This document shows, piece after piece, positions 25,201 through 34,602 of a DNA stretch of 64,000 nt. Made by a program: the position numbers and the translations under genes. The notes beneath the pieces are model-generated. The model was not told where the DNA came from and made no database searches. It saw only the letters and a program-made list of their open reading frames with translations. Position 1 is the first letter of the stretch. Each line of letters opens with the position of its first letter. The stretch lies in the NCBI GenBank assembly GCA_963769025.1, contig CAVYKI010000003.1:704001-768000 (forward strand). Reading direction: 5' to 3'. This DNA comes from an uncultured Verrucomicrobiae bacterium (GTDB taxonomy: Bacteria > Verrucomicrobiota > Verrucomicrobiia > Chthoniobacterales > Chthoniobacteraceae).

Positions 25201-28200
25201 GGGATGGAGCTGCCGATCTCGACCGAGTTCGCACCGGAGAGCACGTTGTCCGAGCCCGCGAAGGTGAGGGCCACGTTGCTGGCGCTGTTGGCACCGAGGC
25301 GGTAGCGGCTGCCGTTGCCGGCGGTGAGGCTGCTGGCGAGGTACTGCACGCCGGCGGTGCCAAGGCTCGCGCCGTAGGCGCCGAGGAACTGGTTGCCGTC
25401 GCCGATCTGCGTCATGTCGAGCGCCGTCGTGAAGGTCGGGATGCCGATCTGCACCGTGCCGCCGAAGGCGTCATTCTGCGTGGTCGCAGTCAGCGCGCCG
25501 GTGCCATTGGTCGGGCTGAAGTCGCCATCGAGCACCAGTGCGCCGAAGCCGGCCGTGCTGCTGAGGATGTTCACGCCGGCTGCACCCGTGGTGCTCGACG
25601 AGGCCGCGATGCGCAGGTAGCCGCCCGGATTCACGATGACCATGCCGGTGCCCATCGGCGTGCCGGTGGTGCCCGTCACCTGGACGGCGCCGCCGGTGAA
25701 GATGTTCGTGCCGCCCGTGTAGGTGTTCGCAGTGCCCGTGATGCGCACGGTGCCGGTGCCAGTCTTGTTGATGGCAAAGGCCACACTGCCGGTGTCCTGG
25801 ATCACCCCGGAAAGCTCGACGACCGAGCGCCCGGCAAGGGCCGCAGCGGTGGTGACGTTGAAGACCGCTGCATTGCCGCCGGTGACCGTGCCCGCGAAGC
25901 GGATGTTCTGGCTGTCCGTGGACGGCGTCGAGGTAAAGACGGTGTTGCCCACCGTGAGATTGCCGAACTGGAAGTATTGATCCAGGAAGCCGGTGCCGCC
26001 GATGCCGCCGTTGTTGTCGGTCACGATCGAGGTGCTGGTGCCGTTGACGATGACGCTCAGGCCGATGGTGTTCGGATTGCCGATGATCGTGGCCAGTCCG
26101 GGGCCGACGCCGCCGGCGAACAACTGGAGGTTGCCCCCCTGCAGTTCCAAGGTGGTGGGCGTTCCGGAAGCGTATCCGCCCAAGGCGGAGGGCGTATTGA
26201 GCAACACATTGCCCGACCGCAGCACAAAGCCGCCGGTGAAGGTGTTGAGATTGGACTGCGGGTTGCTGCCGCCGCTGTTATGGCTGCCGTTGAGCTGCAA
26301 GGTGCCGGTGCCGCCCTTGATGACGCGGACCGTGCCGGCGCCATCCTGGATGGTTCCGTTGAAGACCGAGTTGTTGGTCGCCTCGACGATGAGCGTTCCC
26401 GCCGTGGCATTGGTATTGGTGATGATGCCCGCCGATCCGGTGAGGCGCACCGACCTTCACGTTCGTCCCGTTCAGGTCGAGCGTGCCGGCGTCGTTGAGG
26501 ACGATGTTATGCGAAGCCGGCTGTGCGGTCGCACCGCTGAACTGCACGGCGCCGGACTGCACGGCGAGACCGCCGCTGATGCGGTTGCTGCCGCTGAAGA
26601 GCAGGGTGCCGGGGCCAAACTTGGTGAAGCTGTTCGCGACCACGCTGCCGCTGAGAGTGGGCGTGCCGCTGGTGAAGCCGGTGCTGGTGTACACCACGCC
26701 TTCGCCATAGTTCAGGCCATTGAGCTGGGTGGCGCCGTTGTTCACAAAGCCGAAGAACAGGTCGGAACTGATCACCGGGGCCGCGCCGCCCGCGCCGTTG
26801 ATGAGGATGCCTCCGAGCTGGACCTGGTTGCCGGTCGAGCCGTTCGCCACAATTCGCAGGACTCCGCCGGAGACGTTGGCCGTGGTCTTGAAGGCGTAGA
26901 TGCTGTTCGTGCCCGTGAGAACCTGGGGGGTGGTGATGTTGCCGACCGCAGTGGGCGCAAGCGCGGAAAGGGTCGTGACCGGCGTCGTCGGCGCGCCGGT
27001 GAGGAAGCCGTTCGTCGTGTTGTAGGTCACGAAGTCCGCATCGCTGTTCGGCGCACCGTCCGCGAGGCGGACGATGACCGGGGAGACGATGCCGTTGAAA
27101 TTCGAGGAGGCCACAGCCACGCCCAGAAGCTGCGTCGTCGCGAGCAGCCGCGCACGCTGGCCGGCGGTCGCACCAAGATTGGCCGTGGGCTGGATGACCA
27201 TCGTGCCCTGGTTCGTGCGCTGGATGTTGCCGAAGGTGAACTGGTCGTTGAAGGCAACGCTGTTGTTGATGTCAAAGATGCCGCCACCATTGATGTTCAG
27301 CGTGCCGGTGTTGCCCGTCGCGTAGTCCGCCACGCCGGCATTCGTGATGCGGATGGTGCCGCCGTTGAGCGTCGTGGTGCTGTTGGTGCCGAGCGGGGCG
27401 GCCCCGGCGGTCTGCAGGACCTCGATGACGCCCGCATTGGCGCTCCATGGCGTCGCCGCGGCGTTCGTCACCGTGAGCTGGAGAGTGCCGGCCCCGACCT
27501 TGTGGAGCACGCCCGTGCCCGCCGCCGCGACCGTGCTGGTGACCGTCTTGTTGGCCGCGACCTCGATGGCGCCCGTCGTGCTCATCGTGATGACCCGGTT
27601 CAGGTTCGCGATGTTTTCCGTGAAGCGCAGCATCGGCGTGCCGCCGGTGCCGTAGTTGGCGCTCGCGTTGATTGAAGACAATGGCCCCGGGCGTCGCAGT
27701 GTTGCCGAGCTGGTTGTTGCGCAGAGGCGCTCACCACACCGCTCATGATGGTCAGGCCCGCAAAGCTGTTGTCGCCCTGCAGGACCAAGGTGCCCGAACC
27801 GATTTTCTGCAGAGCTGCCCGCGCCCTGCCAGATGCTGCTGCCATCCTGGGTGAGGATGCGGCCCTCGGCCACGTCCACGTTGCTGGTGGCGAGGAAATT
27901 GAGGTTCTTGTTCAGCGTGAACGACGCCTCCCACGCGCTGAGCGTGCCGCCATTCATGTTCACGTACGGATTCGTGCCGAGCTGGTTGCCGTCCGTGATG
28001 GCGATGTTGCCCGCGTTGATCAGCGTGATGCCCGTGTAGGTGTTCGCATTCGTCAGGCGCAAGGCGCCCACGCCGACCTTGACCAGGCCATTGTAGGCGC
28101 TCGCGCCATCGCTGATGACGCCGGAAAAGGTGACGATGCCGCCCTGCGCCTGGGCGTAGGGCGCTTGTGTTCACCGTGATGGTGCGCATCGAGCCGCCCA

Positions 28201-31200
28201 CCGCGCTGTTCGAGAGACCGACCGCGCCGCTGAAGGTAAGGTCGCCCGCCGTGCCGTTGAAGGCGCTGTTGAAAATCACGTCTCCCGCAAAGCTGATGGC
28301 ATTCGTGACCGTGCGGCCGCCAGCAAAGCCATGGAGGCGCTGCATTGCGTCGCTCTGGATCGTGCCGCCGTTGAAGATCACGGTCGCTGGCGCCAAAGGC
28401 ATTGGCATTCCCGATCTGGACAGTCTGGCCCTGGTTGATGAAGACGTTGCTGGTCGCGTCGAGGTTGTTCGACTGGTTGAGGACCACGGTGCCGCCGCCG
28501 TTGACCATGCCCACGGACGCGCCCTGGATGCTGTTGTTGATGGCGCCAAACTGCACCGTCATGCCGGAGCCGCTGAGTTGGTTGGCCCATTCATGTTCAG
28601 CACGCCGCCGCCGCCGCCGATGCGATAGACGCCGCTGCTGTCCGTGAGCGTGCCGGTGAAATTCGCAGCCCCGCTGGCCGTCACGCCGGTGCCCGCATTG
28701 ATGCCCGCGGAACTTCCGAGGAAGCTGGTGCCGCTGCCGATGGTGCCCTGATTGATCGCGGTGTCAAAGCCGAGCACATCCACGGCGATGACGCCGTTGA
28801 ACGGGCCACCGTTGGTGCCGTTGTTGAACGTGATGGCCGGGAGCGCGCCGCTGTACGCGAGGCCGACGACACCGAGTCCGGTGAGGTCGCTGTTCACCGT
28901 GAGACCGCCGGTGACGGTGTTGGTCGGATGCGCGAGACGGACGGTCCCGCCCGGGTTCACCGTGACGAGCCCGGAGCCGAACGGAGTGTCTCCGAGGCTG
29001 CCCGCGGTGGAGACGAGGATGCCCTGGTTGACGACGGTGCCGCCGCTGTAGTTGTTCTGCGCGACGGTGGCCGCGGCGCCCGCGCCATTGGTGAGCACCA
29101 AGGTGCCAGGGCCCCATTTCTGGATGGCGCCCGCGCCGGTGACCTGACCTTGGAGGAAGGTGGCGTTCACACCGCTGGTGGTCGTGAGGAGATTGAAGGC
29201 GGCACTCTGATTCAGGGTGACCGTGCCCGTGTAGACCTGGCCGCCGGTGAGGGTCAGCACGGTCGGATCGGGAGCGCCGCCGGTCCGCGCGGCAAACGTG
29301 AGGCTGCCGAAACGGGGAAGCGTCGGCGTCGTGTTGGAAAGGATCGCCGAATCATTGATCACCGTGATTGCGCTGAGGAAATTGCCCGCGGCGGCCGTCG
29401 ATGGGCTGACGTCGAGGGTGCCGCCCGCAAGGCGGATGGCGGGCGCGTCCACCACATACGGCGTGGTGGTGGCCGCGGTGGTGTTTGCGCCGAGGCGGAC
29501 ACCGAGGGCGTTCGGCGTGGCGAACCGCAGCGAACCCTGGTTGATGGTCACAGTCCCCGTCAGCAGCGGAGTCGCGGCGACGGTGCCGCGGCTGTCGCCC
29601 GTGAGCGAAAGGGTGCTCGTGCCCGCCTTGGTCAGCCCCGTGGCGTTGATGCTGCCGGAGAGAATCTCCACGAACGCGCCGCCGTGGGAGTCCCAGATCA
29701 TCGCCTCACGGTTGCCGGCGGTGCCGAAAATCCAGTTGTTCGTGTGGGTGCGGTCGGCTGTCAGTGTGCCCGTAAAAATCAACCCGGCTGGATCGCCCAC
29801 GGGGGCGCTGGCGCCGATGGTGATGGCTCCGGTGCCGGTGAGTCCAAAGTCGCCGTTGACCCGAAGGGCGAGCGCATTGCTGCCGACGATGGCGGCGGTG
29901 GCGGTCTGGTTGACGGTGTTCGCAGCCGTCGAGGTCAGGATGTTCGTGGAGGCGTAGGTGATCGGAGTCACACCGCCAGTGGCATTGTAGCCGACAAAGG
30001 TGGTCGCACCGGTGTGATCCACCAACCACGCCGGGAGCAGCGCCGGCGTGCCGATGGCGCCGCCGTTCAGATTGGTGATCATGAAGCGCGTATCCGTCGC
30101 GCCCATGGTGCCGCCGGTGGTCACGAAGCCGAGCGAGCCCGCGTTGGAGCGGTTCAGGTCGGTGAGGTTGATGCGCGCATTGTCCGTGGCGGCTACGCCG
30201 CGGGAGATTTCGATGAGGTTGCCGCCCTCGAAGTTGATCGTCGCGAGATTCTGGATCGTCGTCTGCGCGGCCGTCGTGGAGCCGAGGAAGCGGAAGTTGC
30301 CGCTGCTGAGATTCAGCGCGGTCGTGCCGGCCAGGCGGGGCTGGGTGGCGCTGGTCGTGTACGCGTTGTTGTTCAGCACCAGGCCGACATTCTGCCCGAC
30401 TGCATTCGTGAACGCGGTGTTCATGATGTTCACCGGGTTCGTGAACGTCTGCTGCGGCAGCGTTGCGGCGACATTGTAGGCACCGCTGAAGAGCAGCTGG
30501 CCAAACAGATTCACCTGGCTGCCCTGCGGGATGTAATCCTGGACGTCCGCCGTGCTGGTGATCTGAAGCGTGCTGGCGCCGCCCGCGAAGCGGTTCACGG
30601 TGGTGGAGCCGGTGTAGTTGTTGCCGGTGCCGCTCAGGGTCACGGTGCCGTTCATGCCGCCCGTTGCTCCGACGATGTTCGATACCGTGTGGCCGATGAT
30701 GATGCCGTTCGTGATTCCGTTGGCGAAGGTCAGGTCGCTGGAGATCGTCATCACCGTGCCCGCGGCATTGTTGGTGCCGAGCCGCAGGATGCCATCCGTA
30801 TCCGCGGAGATCGCGCCGCTGTAGGTGGCCGTGGCGCCGGCGCCCAGCCAGAACCGGCCGTTGCCGGCGGCGTGATTGCCGAGCTGGCTCATGTCCACCG
30901 CGTTGGTGATCGAGCCTTGGTTGGTGCGCAAGGCGGCACCGATCACGGGGCTGGTATAGATGCCATTGGCCGAGGTGCCGATCGCGAAGTTCGCACCCAG
31001 TTCGAGCACGCCGGGCGCATTGCCCGCCGTGGTGGTGCTGGTCGGCCCGGTCGGGCCCTGGGAAACATTTACGACACTCCCCACCGTGGACTGGATGGCG
31101 ATCTGCGAGGGGCCGGTGAGGTTGCTCGTGTCGCTGATCCGCAGAATCGCATTCGGAGCGATGTAAACCGCACCCGATCCCATGGTCGCGCCGGTGCCGC

Positions 31201-32332
31201 CGGCAAAGTTCAACTGGAGCACGCCGGCGAAGACATTCGTGCCGCCGGAGTAGTCGTTGGCGGTGGCGGAGGTGTTCGCGAGGACGAGCGTCGCGCCGCC
31301 GACCTTGTTCAGCGCACCCGTGCCCGTGATCTTGCCTCCCGTGGCGCTGCCCACGTTCACAGTCGGAGTTCCGTTGCTGATGGTCGAGACTGCGCCGGCG
31401 AGATTCAGGTCGCCGGAGAGCAGGAGACCGAAGCCGTTCGCCGCCGTGACCAGGAGCGTGTCGTTATTCAGCGTGAGCGGGCCGCTGATCGTGTGCGTCT
31501 GGTTCGAGCCACCGCCACCGATGGCGCGATCCACGTTGATGATGGAGTTGCCGCGGATTTCGAAGGTGTTTGCCACCGTCAGCGCGGTGTCGTTGAGGAT
31601 ATCGAACTGCGCGCCCGTGTTCAGCGTGATCGTGCCGGAAGTCCCCGCGGCGGCAGAGCTAAGGCTGACGGCCAGACGGCCCGCGTTGATCGTGACGCCG
31701 CCGTCGAAGGTGTTCACCCCGGACAACTGCACGAAGCCCGCGCCGTCCTTGGTGATGCCCCTCGTGAAAATCCCGTCGTCGATGACCCCGGTGATGTTGA
31801 TCCCCTGCCCCGCAAGCGCGTTGTTGATGACGAGGTTGCTGTTGAGCGTGACGCCGGTGGAGATGGTGTCCATGCCCGCGAGACTCGTGATGTTGAGACC
31901 GCCGTGGTTCTTGAACAGCAGCGCCGAGCCGCTGCTGACATCAAAAGTCAGCGAGCCGCCGCCCGCCGCGAGCGTGTAAACGCTGGAGCCCAGCGCATCG
32001 CCCAATTGCAACGTGCCGATGGTGATCGCGGCAGTCATGTTGATGACCTGGTTCGCCGTCAAATCCGCCAGCGAAAGGATGGCGATGTCGTCCTGCGCAT
32101 TCGGGAAGCCCGTGTTCGGCTGCCAGTTTGCGGTATCATCCCACGCAAACGGACCGGCCCCCGTCGGGAGCCACGAATAGGTCGCGGCTTCGGAAGGAAG
32201 TGCGCTCAGCGTGAGCAGCGACGCGGCGACGGCGGCAATGGAACCGGCGAGTGCAGAAGGCTTCCGAGTTTTTTTGCCGGCGCGCTGTTTTTTCTTATGG
32301 AACGCGCGGAAATTGAGGTGGGTGGTTTTCAT
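4172..32332 (-). CDS. Giant (~9,380 aa) secreted PEP-CTERM surface protein with autotransporter-associated beta-strand repeats, broken by at least 13 apparent indels
   Basis: Minus-strand ORFs 28559-32434, 28053-28562, 27752-28549, 26278-28071, 27600-27845, 22299-26450, 15584-22396, 10000-16872, 9656-9964, 9508-9897, 9345-9773 and 4172-9478 join into one continuous G/T/N/A/S-rich reading. ATG at 32332 starts a basic n-region, hydrophobic core and SEA|A site. Many LTKxGxGTLxLxGxNTYxGxTxxxxGxL repeats (TIGR02601/PF12951 type). C-terminal VPEP-TM-RERRR. Frame switches near 28588, 28388, 28163, 27817, 27722, 27673, 26447, 22464, 16877, 10047, 9890-9805, 9720 and 9388. Confidence 0.85.
9245..30800 (-). 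repeat. Hierarchical ~5.5-kb (~1,850 aa) protein super-repeats inside the giant gene
   Basis: Recurring markers: TPFGxGxxTVxPG at ~28980/23320/17815; ANSxTKFGPGTLL at ~26620/21060 (variant ~14910); Px(W/Y) at ~30027/24496/18969/12257/9640; GITKFG or GLTKAG at ~29630/23880/18440/9245. Confidence 0.75.
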
Positions 32333-32493
32333 CTTGATCGGCTCGGTAACGGTTATTCTGCCTCTGGGTGGATAATTTCTTGACCCGACTGCGAGATGCA
32401 GCGGGTGGAATGCGAATCCTGGCCTGCCGTACACGGGGGAGCGGACGAAGCCGGATACAGGCGGGCACAGGGGGACGGGAGACGCACACCAGC

Positions 32494-32522
32494 ATTAAGC
32501 GGATCGTTCTGCCGTCTGGCAA
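32494..32522 (-). promoter_or_regulatory. Putative sigma70-type promoter of the giant gene
   Basis: Minus strand TTGCCA (32522-32517), 17-nt spacer, CTTAAT (32499-32494), about 160 nt upstream of the ATG. Confidence 0.45.
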
Positions 32523-32534
32523 AAAGCTCCAAGT

Positions 32535-32551
32535 GTAGTGAAAAACACTAC
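32535..32551. promoter_or_regulatory. Palindromic putative regulator-binding site
   Basis: Perfect inverted repeat GTAGTG-AAAAA-CACTAC, 12 nt upstream of the putative -35 box. Confidence 0.5.
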
Positions 32552-32670
32552 CCGAGTGCGATCGGAGACCGGCATTTTGCCTGCCCGCCCGCGGGCAGAA
32601 TGATAAAAAACGCTGTTTCGCGCTTCAGCCCGCCTCGATCAGGCCGAAATCTACCGTCTCGACCTCGGAC

Positions 32671-33342
32671 TCAAAGGTTTCGCTCCACCATCCATCTCAC
32701 CGCACACTGGTAGAGCGCTCCCGCATTTTTGAGTCCCAACTTTTCCTTAATCCTTTGTCGGTAATTGTCCACCGTACTGACTCCGAGATTTAGCTGCTCG
32801 GAGATCTCGCGCGAATTCATTCCCTTGCCCACGAGTTGGAAGACTTCGACCTCCCGGTCGGAAAGCAGATTCATCCCGGTCGTCTCCACGGATTTCTCAG
32901 TCTGCCCGAGCCTTTCCAGAATCGCCACGGTCATCCGCTCGCCGAGGTAGATCCCGCCGTCCATGACCTTCCGGATCGCCGCGACCACCTCGTCCGGGGG
33001 CGCCTGTTTTGAAATGTATCCCCGCGCACCGGCGCGCAGCACACGTTCCGCGTACAGCTTCTCCTCGTGCATCGAAAGCACCAGCACGGGAAGCGCGATG
33101 CCCCGCGCCTTCACGTCCTTGATCAACTCCAGCCCGCTCGATCCCTCCAACGTGATATCCACGACCGCCGCATCCGGCTGCGTGCTCTCGATGATCTCCA
33201 TCGCGTCCTTGATGCTGGCGGCCTCGCCGCACACCGTCATCCCCATATCCTGCCCGATGAGCTGCACCAGCATCGCTCGGAAAAGCGGGTGATCCTCGAC
33301 GATGAGGATTTTCTTTTTTTCAACGGCGACGGAGTCGGTCAT
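32671..33342 (-). CDS. NarL/LuxR-family response regulator (REC + HTH_LuxR)
   Basis: KILIVEDHPLFR, phospho-acceptor VVDITL, VLVLSM, GARGYISK, and C-terminal LSDREVEVFQLVGKGMNSREISEQLNLGVSTVDNYR. Confidence 0.93.
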   Translation of the reverse strand: MTDSVAVEKKKILIVEDHPLFRAMLVQLIGQDMGMTVCGEAASIKDAMEIIESTQPDAAVVDITLEGSSGLELIKDVKARGIALPVLVLSMHEEKLYAERVLRAGARGYISKQAPPDEVVAAIRKVMDGGIYLGERMTVAILERLGQTEKSVETTGMNLLSDREVEVFQLVGKGMNSREISEQLNLGVSTVDNYRQRIKEKLGLKNAGALYQCAVRWMVERNL

Positions 33343-34372
33343 GGTCAGGGATCTCGGTTGGTGGCCGCGCGTCGGGCACCTCGCAGGAGACGATCGTCCC
33401 CTCGTTCGGCTTCGATTCGACCTTCAGTTCGGCCCCGAGAGCACGCGCACGGTATTGCATCGAACGCAAGCCCATACTTCTCGCGCCGCTTTTCAGGGAA
33501 TCCATGCCTTTCCCCTCGTCCGCGACGACGAGCCGCAACGAGTTGGCACCCTTGGTCAGCGCGATGGTGATCAGCTTCGGCCTGCCATGCTTCAAGGCAT
33601 TGGTCATCGATTCCTGCGCGATCCGGAAAAGGTGCATGGCGACTTCCGGATCTTCGACACGGGTCTGACCGGTTTCAAAAAATGAAATCGAGATTCCTGT
33701 CAGCGCCGCCGTGGTCTGGGCCAGATCCGCGAGCGCCATCGAGAGACCCGTGCCGTCCATTTGCACGGGAAATATTCCCCGCGCGAGCCCGCGGGCGAGT
33801 GAGATGGCATGGACCGCCATCTCGTGGATCTGCTCGGCTTTGTCCGCCTCCGGCTGCCCGCGTTTGCGCAATTCATTGGCCATGAACGACGCCGCGTAGC
33901 TGATCGCGGCGAGGTGCGGGCCGAGGCCGTCGTGCAGATCCTCGCCGATGCGCCGCTTTTCGTGCTCGCTCGTCCGGAGAATCTCCCGCTCCAGCTCCCG
34001 CTCGTGCTCGAGCCCGCGGATGCGCATCCTGTACAGGTCGCGCCGCTCCTTCGCCGCGGCCACGGCGACGACCAGGACCGCGAAGTAAAACAGCCGGCTC
34101 GTGCCCGCGAGCGCAAAGCCCCATCCGGTCTGGTACGGATGATTGGGAGTATTCGCGACGAACCAGACTCCCGTGCAAAGCAGCGCAAACAGGAATCCCA
34201 TTTCGCGGCCGATCCTCCGGACCACGAGCACCATGGGAAGCGCATAGAGCACGAACAGACTCCACTCCCATCCGGTGAGGTTGTCGAGCCACCCGACCAC
34301 CACCACCAGCACCGCGCTCACGGTGACGACGAGCCATCGCGGCTGACGGTCGATAAATTCGCCAAAGGACAT
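33320..34372 (-). CDS. Membrane sensor histidine kinase (HisKA_3 + HATPase_c)
   Basis: N-terminal hydrophobic helices, EKRRIGEDLHDGLG H-box, LFRIAQESMTNALKHG N-box, DEGKG and MGLRSM G-boxes. Overlaps the regulator start. Start chosen at MSFGE. Confidence 0.9.
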   Translation of the reverse strand: MSFGEFIDRQPRWLVVTVSAVLVVVVGWLDNLTGWEWSLFVLYALPMVLVVRRIGREMGFLFALLCTGVWFVANTPNHPYQTGWGFALAGTSRLFYFAVLVVAVAAAKERRDLYRMRIRGLEHERELEREILRTSEHEKRRIGEDLHDGLGPHLAAISYAASFMANELRKRGQPEADKAEQIHEMAVHAISLARGLARGIFPVQMDGTGLSMALADLAQTTAALTGISISFFETGQTRVEDPEVAMHLFRIAQESMTNALKHGRPKLITIALTKGANSLRLVVADEGKGMDSLKSGARSMGLRSMQYRARALGAELKVESKPNEGTIVSCEVPDARPPTEIPDHDRLRRR

Positions 34373-34602
34373 GGAGCACCCATAGGTGCTCACACGAAAG
34401 ACAACAAGGACGGGCTGCCTCGATGGTGCGTCGGCTCGCGCAAGGACTGCATCCTGCCGGTGCACGGAAAGTTATCCCTAATCGCACGCCGCGCGGCGGC
34501 TACTCATTGGTGAACCGCCCCACACGACCCTCCCCCGTGACGATTCGCCTCCCTTTGAACAACCGATCAGCAGCATCCCGCGCGGGCGGGATTGTCATTT
34601 TC

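Noticed and set aside
9345..28600. Programmed frameshifting or phase variation in the giant gene
   Set aside because: The shifts are not at long homopolymers or a shared slippery site, and similar indels hit priA, amt and htpG.
4004..32383. Very long plus-strand ORFs (e.g. 16478-22477, 22440-26498, 28928-32383, 13963-16905)
   Set aside because: Antisense shadows of a GC-rich, codon-biased minus-strand gene. Their translations are R/A/V/G-rich and show no motifs.
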